Shown one piece after another: positions 1-14,129 of a stretch of DNA of 64,000 bases; position 1 is the first letter of the stretch, and every line of letters begins with the position of its first letter. Source of the stretch: the human T2T-CHM13v2.0 reference genome, Homo sapiens; NCBI RefSeq assembly GCF_009914755.1, contig NC_060941.1; one strand, written 5' to 3'. The notes below the pieces were generated by a model, which ran no database searches, was not told where the DNA came from, and saw nothing but the letters and a program-made list of their open reading frames with translations. Position numbers and translations under genes: made by a program.

Positions 1-315
1 GTGATGAATTGTGGGTAGCAGTGATATGTTGCATTTTCAGATCAGGGGGTGTCTGGTTGGCTTCTCCATGCTTTCTTCCTCCAACTGCTAATTGAATTTC
101 CTTGAATCCAGAAGATGATGGGTCCACATGATGAAAGCAGTCTTATTATTTATTCACCAATTGAAAGAGAGATACTCAGGACAGTTGCCCAGAATAGCTT
201 GACAAGCTGCCTAGGACTACAAAGTGAATGATAAATAAACTTTTTTGATTTAAGACAATGAGATTTTGTTATTGTTGTTGTTGTTTATTTTTACTATAGA
301 AAATTACCAACTTAA
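1..315 (+). mobile_element. Degraded MaLR (MLT1-like) LTR 3' part
   Basis: 'aataaac-tttttgatttaagacaatgagattttg...ttactatag' resembles the MLT1 LTR 3' end; highly diverged. Confidence 0.4.
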
Positions 316-3300
316 TAATATTCCTTTCTCTCACCTTTAAACTAATCTTTATTGAATACCCTATATCATGCATTATGCAATGGATCAGAGACACAGAGAT
401 GAGAGATTCAGTCCCTTTCTTTAAGCAACTTGCAAGGTCATATTGAGTAAAGGTGATTAAGCTAACCATTACAATGCATTTTGATTAATGCAATTGTGGA
501 GTTATCCCCATGGTCTCTGTAGCATGAAGGACTCTAGGGAGGCATCCTAGGAAAAGTGATGCTTGACCACAACGTAAAGGGTAAGGATGGTTTATACAGA
601 AGGCACAGAAAAACCTAGGCATTCCGAAAAAGTGTTCCTGGGGTTCCAACTGGGAGACCTCAGGGTTTTGTTTTCTTCAGGAAGTTTGCACAGGTGGGTA
701 ACCTAGCAACCATTTTTGATTCACAATTTCTTTAATACTAATGGTCAATGAATAATCTGGTCCTTTTGTTTTTATCTTCGTTTTCAATCTTTATTTTAGA
801 TTCAGGAGGTAAATGTGAAAGTTTGTTACCTTGGTATATTACATGATACTGAGGCTTGGGGTACAACTGATCCCATCACCCAGGTACGGAGCACAGAACC
901 CAATACTTTTCAACCCTTGCCCCCTTCCTCCTCCTTCCCTCTAGTACTCCCCAATTCCTATTTTTCCTGTCCTTATGTCCATGAGTACCCAATTTTTAGC
1001 TCCCACTTATAAGTGAGAACATGGAGTATTTGGTTTTCTGTTCCTGCATTAGTTCGCTTAGAGTGATGGCCTCCAGCTACATTGATGTAACTGCAAAGGA
1101 TATGAATTTGTTCTTTTTCATGGCTGGATAGTATTCTATGGTGTATATATGTAACATTTTCTTTATTCAATCCACCATTGATAGGCACCTAGGTTGAATC
1201 CATGTCTTTGCTATTGCAAATACTGTTACAAAGAACATGCAAATGTGTGTGTCTTGATTGAATAGTTTGTTTTCTTTTGGATATATATACCTAGTAATGG
1301 AATTGCTGGATCAAATAGCAGTTCTGTATAAAGTTCTCTGAGAAATCTTCAACTATTTTCCACAGTGGCTGAACTAATTTACATTCCTGCCAACAGTGTA
1401 TAAATGTTCTCTTTTCTCTGCAGCCTCACCAGCATCTGTTGTTTGTTGACTGTTTAGTAATAGCCATTCTGAATGGTGTGAAATGGTATCTCATCGTGGT
1501 TTTGAAATGCATTCCTCTGAGAATTAGTGCTGTGTAATGTTTTTTATGTGTTTGTTGGCTACTTATATGTCTTCTCTTGAGAAGGGTCTGTTCATGTTTT
1601 TTTGCCCATTTTTAATGGGGTTATTTAATTTTTGCTTTTTCAATTTTGTAAATTCTGTATAGATTTTGCATATTAGACCTTTGTCAGATGTGTAATTTGC
1701 AAATATTTCCTCTCATTCTGTAGGTTGTCTGTTTACTCAGTTGATAGTTTATTTTGCTGTGCAGAAACTCTTTAATTAGATCCCACTTGCCAATTTTTGT
1801 TTTTGTTGCAATTGCTTTTGGGGACTTAGTCAAAAATTCTTTCTAAAGGCTAATGTCCAGAATAGAGTTTCATGGTTTTTCTTCAGTGATTCTTATGGTT
1901 TTAGGTCTTACATTTAAATGCTTAATCCTCCTTGAGTTAATTTTTGTATATGGTGAAAGGTAGGGGTCCAGTTTCACTCTTCTGCACATGACTATCCAGT
2001 TATCCCAGCACTATTTATTGAATAGGGAGTCCTTTCTTCATTGCTTATTTTTGTTGACTTTGTTGAAGATCAATGGCTGTAATTGTGCAGCTTTATTGCT
2101 GGGATTTCTATTCTGTTCCATTATTTACATGTCTGTTTTTGTGCCAGTACATTGATGTTTTGGTTACCGTACCCTTATAATATAGCTTAAAATCAGGTAA
2201 TGTGCTGTCTCTGGCTTTGTTCTTTTTGCTTAAGATTGCTTTGGCTATTCATGTGCTTTTTTGGTTCCATATGAATTTTATAATAATTTTCTCTAGTCCT
2301 GTAAAAAATGACTTTGGTAGTTTGATAGAAATAAGATTGAGTGTTTAAATTTCTTTGGGCAGTAGGGCTATTTTAACAATATTGTTTCTTCCTATCCATG
2401 AGCATACAATATTTTTCCATTTGTTTTTGCTGTTTCTGGTTTCTTTTAGCAAGGTTTTGTAATTCTCATTGCATAAATCTTTCATCTCCTGGGTTAGCCA
2501 AATTCCTAAGTATTTTATTTTTTTGTGTCTACTGTAAATGGTGTAAATGGGATTGTGTTCTTGATTTGACTCTCAGCTTGAATATTATTGGTCCATAGAA
2601 ATGCTACTGATTTTTATACATTGATCTTGTATCCCGAAAATTTACTTGTGTCATTTATCAGTTCCAGGAGCCTTTTGATGGAGCCTTTAGGGATTTCTAG
2701 GTATAGGATCATACTGTCCATGATGAGAGATAGTTCGACTACTTCTTTTCATATCTGGATGACTGTTATTACTTTATCTTGCCTGATTGTTGTGGCTAAT
2801 ATTTCCAGTGGTATGTTGAATACGAGTGGTGAGAATGGGCATTCTTGTCTTGTGCCAATTCTCAGGGAAATGCTTCCAGCTTTTGCCCATTCACTATGAT
2901 GTTGGCTGTGTGTCTGTCATAGACGGCTCTTATTATTTTGATGTATGATTCTTTGACAGCTAGTTTATTGAGGGTTGTCATCATATAAGGATGTTGGACT
3001 TTACTGAAAGCTTTTTCTGCATGTACTGAGATTATCATGTTTTTGTTTTTAATACTGTTTATGTGATGAGTCCGATTTATTGAGTTGTATATGTTGAACT
3101 AACCTTGTATTCCAGGAATGAAGCCTCTTGATGATGGTAATTAACTTTTTGATGTGCTGTTGGATTTAGTTTGCTGGCATTTTGTTGAGGATTTTTTTTA
3201 TCTATGTTCATAAGGTATATTGGTCTGTAGTTTTCTTTTTTCATTGTACCTTTGCCAAGTTTTGGTATCAGAGTGCTGCTGGCTTCATAGAATGAGTTAA

Positions 3301-4674
3301 GCAAAAAAAATCCCTGCTTCATGATTTTTTTGGAATAGTTTCAGTAGAAGTGGTACCAGCTTCTCTTTGTACGACTGGCAGATTTAGCTGTGAACTCATC
3401 TGGTCCAAGGCTTTTTTTTGGTGGGTAGGTTTTTTGTTACTGATTCAAATTCAGAACTTGATATTGATCTGTTCATGGTTTCAATATATTCCTGATTCAT
3501 TCTTGAGATATTGTGTATTTTAAAAAATTATTTCATTTCTTCTAGATTTTCTAATTTATGTACATAGAGGTGTTCATAATAGTCTCTGAGAATCTTTTCT
3601 ATTTCTGTGGGATTAGTTGTTATGTCACTTTTGTCATTTTTGATTGTGCTTATTTGGATCTTCTATTTTTTTCTCTGTGAATCTTGGTGGCAGTCTATCA
3701 ATTTTGTTTATCCTTTCAAATAATTCCTCTTTTGGTTTTGTTGATTCATTTATGGATGGTCGCATCTCAATTTCATTTGGTTCCAATCTGATTTTAGTTA
3801 TTTAATTTTTTTTCTCGTAGCTTTGGTGTTAATTTGTTCTTGTTTTTCTGGTTTCTCTATGTGTGTTGTTTGATTATTAATTTGAGATCTTTCTAACTTT
3901 TTGAGGTAGGCATTGAAAAAACATGAACTTTTCTCCTAACACTGCTTTTGCTGTATCTCAGTGATTTGGGTATGTTTTGTCTCGGTTTTCATTTAGTTCA
4001 AACTTTTTAAAATTTTTGCCTTAATTTTGTTTTTTACCTAAAATTATTCAGAAACAAGTTGTTTAATTTCCATGTAATTGAGTAGTTTTGAGAGATCTTC
4101 TTGGTATTGATTTATATTTTTATTCCATTGTGATATGAGTATGTGGTTTACAAGATTTCAATTTTTTTGAATTTACTGAAACTTGCTTTGGGGCCAAGCA
4201 TGTGGTTAATCTCGGAGTACATTTCATGTGCAGATAAGACGAATATTCTGTGGTTTACGTGTAGAGTATTCTGTAGATATCTATTAGGTCCAACTGGTCA
4301 TGTGTTGAGCTTCAGTCCAGAATTTATTTGTTAGTTTTCTGCCTTGATGATGTGTCTAATGCTGTCAATGGGCTATTGAACTCTCCCACTATTATTGTGT
4401 GTCTGTCTAAATCTTTTTGTAGACCTAGAAGTACTGGTTTTATGAATCAGAATGCTCCAATTTTGGGTGCATTTATATTTTATTGAGTCTTCCTTTTGAA
4501 TGAACCTTTTATCATTATGTAATGCTCTCCTTTGTTCTTTTTTACTGTTGTTGGGTTAAAGTCTGTTTTATCTGGTAAAAGAATAGCAACCTCTGCTCTT
4601 TTTCCATTTTCTGTTTGCATAGTATATCTTTCTAAAACCCTTTACTTTGAGCCTATGGGTGTTATTACATGTGA

Positions 4675-5040
<366 letters not shown>

Positions 5041-5598
5041 CCTTTTGTACCTTTTAAATGGGGGCATTTAGACCATTTGGATTCAAAGTTAATATTGATA
5101 TGTGAGGTTTTGATCCTATCATGAAATTGTTAGCTGGTTGCTTTGTAGTTTCTATTATGTGGCTGCTTTATAGTGTCTGTAGGCTGTGTACTTAAGTGTG
5201 TTTTGTGATAGCATGTATCATTCTTTTATTTCCATGTTTAGAACTCCCGTAAGGATTTCATATTAGGCTGGTCTAGTTGTAATGATTTTCCTTAGTGCTT
5301 GCTTGTCTGGAAAATGGTTTATTTCCCTTTTGCTTATGCAGTTTAGTTTGGGAAAAATGAAATTCTTGGTTAGAATTTATTGTATTTAAGAATGCTAAAA
5401 ATAGGCCCCCAATCTCTTCTGACTTGTAAGGTTTATGCTTACATGTCCACTGTTAACCTTTTAATGTTATCTGACCTGTTTGTCCAGCTGCCTTTATTAT
5501 TTTTTTTCTTTAGCATTGATCTTGCACAGCCTGGTGACTAAATACCTTTGGGGTAATTGCCTTATATAGCATCTTGCAGGTGTTCTCTGGATTTCTTG

Positions 5599-5630
<32 letters not shown>

Positions 5631-5644
5631 ATCTATCATCTATC
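5599..5644. repeat. (TATC)n compound tetranucleotide STR inside L1 ORF1
   Basis: (TATC)8 followed by ATC TATC ATC TATC. Confidence 0.95.
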
Positions 5645-8600
5645 TCTAGTAAGATTAAATTTTCTTGAATTATTTGTCTAAATCTGTGTTCCAGGTTGTT
5701 TCCTTTTTCTCCTTCTCTCTCAGGAATGCAAATAATTCATAGGTTTGGTATCTTTACATAACTCTATATTTTTCAAAAAATGTGTTCATTTTATAAAATT
5801 ATTTTTTCTTTATTTTTGTCTGGCTGGATTACTTCAAAAGACCAGTCTTTAAGCTCTGAAATTCTTTCTCTTCCTTTTTCCAGTCTATTGATAAAGCTTT
5901 CAATTGTGTTTTGAAATTCCTTAAGTGAGTTTAATTCCTGAAGCTGATTTTTTTTTAAGATTTTTGTCTCTTCTTTAATTTCCTGGGTTGTGTTGATTTT
6001 CAAATTTTTTTGTCTGTCATTTCTCAGTTTCCATTTTGGTTAGGGACCATTGCTTAAGAGTATGATTCTTTGTTGGTGTCACTACATTCAAATTTTTCAT
6101 GGTGCCAGCATTTTTATGTTGGTTCCTTCCCATCTGGAGATGCTAGCACTTTTCCTTTCTATAATTGGTTTTGTGCATGTAGGAGTTTTTGTTTTTCTTT
6201 CTTCCCTGTAATATTATTTTTTTCTCTTTCCCTTTCTCTTTCCCTTTACGCCGTCCCTAGGAGGTGTGACTGTACAGAATGCTGGGTAGGGTCTTTGGTT
6301 TTGCTTCTGTAGCCTTATGCACTTCTTTCAGCAGGCTTTATATTGGGTTGTTCAATTTGAACTATAAGTCAATAGATACTGCTTACAGGTAAGAACTGGC
6401 TGTGACCAATAGAGTTGGGTATATTCCTGATCCTGTTTACTGGCAGAAGCTCTCTGCTGCATCAGGCTGTAGAATGATTTGTGGAATGCACAGTGGTCTG
6501 AGCTCCCTGCTCAGTCCTGGGGGCATGGGGGCCATGATGGGCTGGGCCAGTTTGGGTAGGTGTGCCTACAGATCCCCCAGTGCCATTCACAAGCACCAGT
6601 GCTAAAGAAGAATTGAGTAGGCAGCCACCAAGCACCAAAGTGCGTATAGATGGAACTGAAAAACCTTTTTAGCCCCAAGTTTTCTGCATAAGTATGGAGG
6701 GAAGCCTAAACTCAATCCAGGAGAGTGGTTGCTCCAGATGCCTGGACATCTTCCTGGGAATGGAGCTGAGAGGAACACCCTGCACCAGGATCTGTGCACA
6801 GGGGGAATGGGGTGAGACAGGCTGCTGATCTAGGTCAAATGGTACTCCAAATGCATGATGCCCCTCTAAAAATCTCCCATAGAGCAGTCAGAGCTGCTTC
6901 ACTAAAACCCAAATATGATTATATCTCTTCTATGGTTAAAACTCTTTGATAATTTCCCATTGCCCTGAGAAAAAATGTCCAAACTCTTAGCAGGAATTTT
7001 TGTGTTATGACCTCAGCTTATATCACTGATATAATCTTACCACTTCCTACCTCACAACGTATAGTCTAGCCATACTGATTATCTGCTTAATCCTAAAATA
7101 CTATATGTTACACAACAATGCTCTAGAACTTTTCTATACACCTGAAGATAAATGCAAGCTCACATAACTTCAAAGGGGATGATGTATAGAGGTGTCTGGA
7201 CAATAGGATGTAGGGAGATTAAGGTCCTCATAGGACTTTAGTAGTTGATGTCAGCAGACATGGGATTGTTAGGCATTTTTAAAAAAATAGTTTATCTCCT
7301 TGATCAAGTGAATCTAAATGATTGTCCAAGGGATGCCAAGTTCTGTTGTAGCTGAAAAATAGGCAGCTAAGTAGTTAAATGGAAGTAGATTATCACTGGA
7401 ATACAGCAGGTTAAGCAAAGCCTATGAAATTTAAGGCAATATTTGTTGATAACTACATAAAAGGTCATATTGTTTCTCTGTAGACCTCTATGAGAATTTG
7501 AAAAACATATATTTAGGGCTAAGAAAGCACTGTTTCTATAATACCTAAGTGATAATTCACTGAGTTGAAAATGTCTCCCAATACAGTATAATTATCTGAA
7601 TTATAGTTAATAAGTGAATAATCTAATTGATTTTTATAATGTCCTGAATATTGAAAGATGGTATACTGTATGTCAATAGCTGACTGAGAGAAACACGATT
7701 CTCTTGTATATATAATCATAAAATGCTCTAGAGAAGAACTGAGGTAATAACTAAGGCGATAAAAACTTTAATTTTAATTATGCCTTAAAGAATGTGTTTT
7801 AGCACAGGCATAGAAAGAAACTGTAAAATAAATGTTGTAAGGATCAGAAGATAATTGGAAGAATTCTAGAGAGTTCTGAGGAATGTTTTATCCTGGAAGG
7901 TAAGTTTCTCTAGTACAGTGTTAATAGAGTCTGCTGTATGGACAAAATTGAAGAGAAGAAATTAAGGAAATGTTTCTTGAGGGTAGGTCATGGCTTTTGC
8001 TCTTTAAACAAACATTTATTGAGCTTTATTTTCATACTGCATCTCATTTGAAAGTAATGACAATCTTATACAGAATGCATTTAATTTTGCCATTTTTAAG
8101 AGAAGAATTGCATTCAGGGAAGTTAAGTGATTTTTGCTAAAGTTGTACTACAACGTCAGTTTATAAGATAAAATCAGAACTAAATTGTCTAAATCCAGTG
8201 CACTTTTCATGATAAATTGTGACCATGGAAGATATTAGGGGATTTCATACTCACGTTTCTTAGAGTACAAACTGCAAGTTACAGGAGGACCACAGAAGTC
8301 TGGGGAATTTATTCTGTGTGAGTTTGTATTTCTATACTGAGATGTTTAGTATCTGAACCATGAACAAATGGATTGTGTTTAATTGGCTGCCATTTTTCTA
8401 ACTTTCATCTTTACAAAAATCTTTGACATAACTGTCAGCCTCTATGATAAGAGAAACTAAGGAAAAGAGTTTTTGCCTGCACTTAGGCCAGAATTTTAAA
8501 AAGCATTATGGACCTAGGTATTGTAAGTAATGCAGAGACTCAGGGAGGACAGTAACATTCCGAAACAAAGTCAGAGACATCTGATCCAATCTCTCTTTTC

Positions 8601-10269
8601 TACCTGGAGATTCCAGTCTGGAATATTTTTTCACTGGCGCTATAGAGGATGACTCTATTTTAAAAACAAAGCCTCCTTTATACAGGCTTATTATAGGCTT
8701 TTGCAATTCCAGCCTTCCATTTTGTCTACACTTCTTTACTCCCACTCATAATTTTCTTATTGAAATTTGGGAACCCTTCTAATATAATGACAGTTTTTCC
8801 AGTCTCATCAAGTCAAAGAAGGCGAAGAAGGATGTATTGGAAATGAGAAAGGAAGACAAGGGCAAAATTCAGGAACTAAACTTTAACAATTTAGAAATGC
8901 AAACAAATTTAGTCTCTACAGCATTCAAATTAAATTATACTTCTAATGTGACTTTTTCATTACTATAAAAAGTAATTTAATGGACTTATTTAAGCATTTT
9001 GAGTGGAAGTAGGAGTGATATTAATGAATTAAATATGAACTTTTGCTTAAAATGAATTCATTCTTCAAAATGATTCTTAGTATTTTTAATAAAGTACTAC
9101 ATTTATGTAACTAAAATGAGCATGAGATAGGTCTTAATGTGCTTATACGCTAATAACATAAGTCTATAAATGACTTGTAAATGGTGAAGAGAGACTACAG
9201 GAAACTCATCCATGTAATTATAGCACCAGATAATATCTGAGGAACATCAATTTAATGTTTTCTCATGATTTCACTACCTATTACTGTCACTTTGAGATCA
9301 CTACAAGTCTTGCTAAATGGAATTATTATTTAAATCTGTGAATTACAAAACAAAGACACAGTGAACAAGCTTCTTAGATGTTTCAGCTGCTATTCTGTAA
9401 TAGATTACAAAATGTTATAACAGGTGTGATGGGTGATATTTTATTTTGTTTTGATGCAGATTTATTAATCATACCACTATAGGACTAATGTAATAATAAT
9501 ATTGTGGCTTTAAGGAATAATGAAAGCTTTCACGGAATGACAAACAGAAAAAATAAATTTGTATATGGAAAGCACAGAAAAATATGGAGGAAAGGGCTAG
9601 ATATAAATGTAATTTATACACATATTAGTCACTGCAGTTACTATCAACCTAAGAACTAAACCAAGAGAGGTATGTTCCCATGAGTTCTAAATATTACTGT
9701 AGTATTATTTGGTGTCTGTTTTTTATTTAAAAATCTTCACATAAAAGTTAATTAAAATTTAACTTTAGTTTTCAATTTATTTATTTTTTTTTATAATTAA
9801 TTGCTCTTAGATCTTGGAGTAGTCGAAAAAGACATGAGCTTCGGAATTATGTCTCTAAGAAACTACATGACTTTAGACAAGTATTTCATCCTCTTTGGGT
9901 TTTAATGTTTACAGTCTTAAAATTGAGATAGCATTTTAATGTTTCCAATCTTGAAATATGGCTTAAAATTATAAGCCATAGTTATAAAATTGAAAATTAA
10001 AATACAGTGTGGTTAGTTATTTGCCTGACACATTATACATAGTCAATACTACATACTGACACATTTATTTCATGTTTTATAGGCAAGACCTATATATATA
10101 TATACACACACATAATTATTTATATATACATATATAATTATATATAATTATCCTTTTATAAGGCTTAAGATTACAGTATATACAGATATGTATAAAACTG
10201 CTTTTTAGTACTAATATCCACATGCCTGCATGATTGAAACAGTAAAAGAAAATAAAAGGAACTAGCTAT

Positions 10270-11454
10270 AACAAAAAAAATCTAAAATCATAAAACTCCT
10301 GGAAGAAAACACAGGGGAAAGGCTCCCTGACCTTGAACTTGGCAACGATTTATTGAAGTTGACACCAAAAGCACAGACAACAAAAGCAAAAATAAGCAAG
10401 TGAGACTACCTCAAACTAAAATGTTTCTGCACATCAAAGGAAACAGTCAAAATAAAAAGGCAATCTACATACTGGAAAAATATTTGCAGAGCATATCTGA
10501 TAAGGGGTTTATATCCAAAATATATAAAGAATGCATACAATTAAATAACAAAAAAAACTTGATTACAAAATTGACAAAGAACCTGAACAGTTTTCAAAGA
10601 AGACAGAAATGGCCATGTATATGAAAAGATTCTCAACATCACTAATCCTCAGGGAAATGCATATCAAAACCACAGTGAGATATCACCTCACACCTGTAAA
10701 AATGGCTATTATCAAAAAGACAATAGATAAATTTTGGTGAGGAGGTAAAGAAAAGGCAACCATTTTACACTGTTGGTGGGAAGGTAAATTGTTATAGCCA
10801 TTATGGAAAAGAGTTTGGAGGTTCCTCAAAAATTTAAAAATGTAACTACCAGTGGGATCCAGTAATCTCACTTGTGGATATATATACAAACAAATTGAAA
10901 GCAGTATCTTTCTATTGGGAGTTATCCAATTCCCATATTTACTATAGCATGCTTCACAATAGCCAAAGTAAGAGCCCAACCTTAGTTTTCACCAACAGAT
11001 GATAGATAAGGAAAATGTATTGTGTGTGTGTATATATAATATATACACACACACATAATATGTGTACACCCATCATATATATACATATATATAATATTCC
11101 ATCATATATATACATATATATAATATTCCATCATATATATACACACATATATATAATATTCCATCATATATATATGTATGTATACATATATATATATACA
11201 CACACACAGGATGGAATATTATTCAGCCTTAATAAAGAAGGTAATTCTGCCATTCGCAACAACACAGATGAACCTGGAGGACATTATGCTAAGTGAAATA
11301 AATCAGACACAGAAAGATAAATGCTGCATAATATCTCCTATATTTGGAATCTAAAAAATTATGTATGTATACATATATGTAATATTCCATCATATATATA
11401 CACACATATATATTATTCCATCATATATATACACACATATATATAATATTCCAT

Positions 11455-11498
<44 letters not shown>

Positions 11499-12005
11499 AT
11501 GGAATATTATTCAGCCTTAATAAAGAAGGTAATTCTGCCATTTGCAACAACACAGATGAACCTGGAGGACATTATGCTAAGTGAAATAAATCAGACACAG
11601 AAAGAAAAATGCTGCATAACATCTCCTATATTTGGAATCTAAAAAACATCAGACTCATGGTAACAAAGAGTAGAATGGTTAGCAGGACCTGGGGGGTGGA
11701 GTAAATATTGGTCAAAGAGTACAAACCTTTAGTTATAAGATAAACAAGTTCTAATGTACAGTAACATGACCATAGTTGTTAATAATGTATTGTATACTCA
11801 AAATTTGCTGAGAGTAGATCTTAAATGTTCTCATTACACACACACACAGAACAAAAATGGTAACTTTAGGACATAATGGATATGCTAATTAGCTTGATTG
11901 TGCTGATCTTCTCACAATGTATACATACATCAAAACATTCATTTGATACCCCTTAAACATATGCAATTTTGATTCATCAACTATAACTCAATAAAGCTAG
12001 GATAA
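10270..12005 (+). mobile_element. 5'-truncated LINE-1 (L1MA9-like): ORF2 3' end plus 3' UTR
   Basis: 'taaaactcctggaagaaaacacagggg', 'aaccacagtgagatatcacctcacacctg', and 3' UTR 'ggtcaaagagtacaaacc...gagtagatcttaaatgttctc...ctcaataaagct'. Confidence 0.85.
11069..11646 (+). repeat. 288-bp tandem duplication with an AT-rich minisatellite of about 30 bp and (CA)n
   Basis: 11209-11358 recurs at 11497-11646 with 3 substitutions. Seven 'ccatcatatata...ataatatt'-type units; (CA)n at about 11463-11496. Confidence 0.95.
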
Positions 12006-12129
12006 GCAAGAGCATCATTAAAAAACTCCTTCGTCTACACAAGAATGGTGTAATGGCTTCTATTTGCTTAGGTATTATGTTGTAAATCTGTTGGTTTAAT
12101 CCTGATAGTGTTTATCATAAAATGCAATA

Positions 12130-12469
12130 CAGATTGATATCCCTCATCTGAAAATCAAAAATACCCCCAAAATCTGACACTTTTTAAGTGCCAATAGGAC
12201 ATCACAAATTGAAAATTACACACCCGACCTCATGAAATAGGTTATAGTCAAAATTTTGTTTCTTGCCCAAAATTATTAGAAAGATTGCATTACCTTCAGG
12301 CTCTACATATAATGGTATATATGAAACATACATGAATTTTGTGTTTAGCCTTGGGTCCCATCCCCAAGATATCTTATTATGTTATGTGCAAACATTCTGA
12401 AATGTGAAAAAGTCTGAAATATGAAACGCTTCTGGTCCCAAGCATTTTGAATAGGGGATACTCAAACCG
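12130..12469. mobile_element. Tigger4b/Zombi-type (TcMar-Tigger) non-autonomous DNA transposon
   Basis: Degenerate TIRs 'cagattgatatccct' and 'aggggatactcaaaccg', each flanked by TA. Internal 'ttgggtcccatccccaagatatct' and 'tctggtcccaagcatttt' are typical of Tigger4. Confidence 0.85.
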
Positions 12470-13774
12470 TAATACTATTTTGCTGTTCTGAATGGATATG
12501 GCTTAGATTAGGCAAGTAGAATGTATAAAGAATCCTATGTAGAGAAATAGACACAAAAGAACTTATAGAATTTTAAAAATGTTGTTCACATATTTTCCAA
12601 TTCTGCTTTGAGTGTCTATAATGATCCATTGTTCCTTTACTACACTAGATGTCTGCAGGTGTATCCCTAGGAAGCATATTTTTATGGTTTCTTCCCCAAA
12701 CGCAAATGAGTTAGCAAATGTTTTCATATCTCATTTACTGTCCCAGCACTTTTGCCTGAATATCCTTACTCACTTCAAAGGTTCTACTCCACCATCATCA
12801 CCAGGAGGTCTTTCTTTAGTGAATGTTCCAATCTAGATTTTGTGCGTCTGTCATCACTGCTCCCTTAGCCTCTGCTTTTTACCTCTACCTTGATTGAAAT
12901 ACTCTTTTTTTTGCCTATATCTCACACTAGACTGTGATCCTTTTTAACGCTGCCTTTTTATGCATTGTTACAGGTATCAGTCAGCATCTGACAGGGTGGT
13001 TGTTCAATAAGTGTCTGTTGAACGAATGGAATGATAATTTAAAGAAAGAAGATAAGGAGTTCATGTTACTCAGACCCTAAGCAGGCAACTATATGTCTCT
13101 CTGAATGATTCACTATGATAAAAGCTAACATCAACAAATTACCTATGATGTTTTGTCATTGTGCCCAGTAATTTATGAGCATTCTTTATTTATTCCTATG
13201 GGCCGAGTAAGGCTAATATTTTCAGTGTTACATTAAAGACAAATAAAATTAAGTTTAGCAATATTAAATAAGTTGCCCAAGACTGCACTACTGTTTGGAC
13301 CTCAAGGTAACTTTGTTCCAAAATGTGTGCTGTTGCTATAATGCCATGGTGGTTTCCTCATTTAATTGAAGCTCTATAAATTCTATGTGTTTAATTTAAG
13401 CATCCCACATACTTATAAAACAGGAAAGAAACAATAGTTTTCTTCTGTTTTGACTCATATAATGATTTTTTAAGATGGAGTCCAACTCCAATTCAAACAA
13501 CAACAACAAAATTGCAGAAAAAACAAGAGAAGGACTTCAACCACATATTTCATTTGCTCTGCTTTTTATTTTTAGCAAAATAGCATTTCAAATAGTAAAA
13601 TAATGTATTTTGTTAAGAAGATATTTTGGGTAGTGATCAGCCTAAAAGTCATTGGTAGATTTCTAGTTATGGAAAAATGGAATCACTGTATGCCCAACTC
13701 ACACTAGATACTAGACAGAGAATAATTTGTATGTGGTGATTCTAAAGGTTCATCTGAATCTTGTAATACTTTAG

Positions 13775-14129
<355 letters not shown>

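Noticed and set aside
8506-8745. 79-aa minus-strand ORF in non-repeat DNA
   Set aside because: No recognisable homology or exon structure, and the length is consistent with chance.
11015-11642. A CRISPR-like array or duplicated small gene (two similar 93-aa ORFs)
   Set aside because: These are low-complexity TA/CA units without unique spacers, in primate L1 sequence; the ORFs are translations of the repeat.
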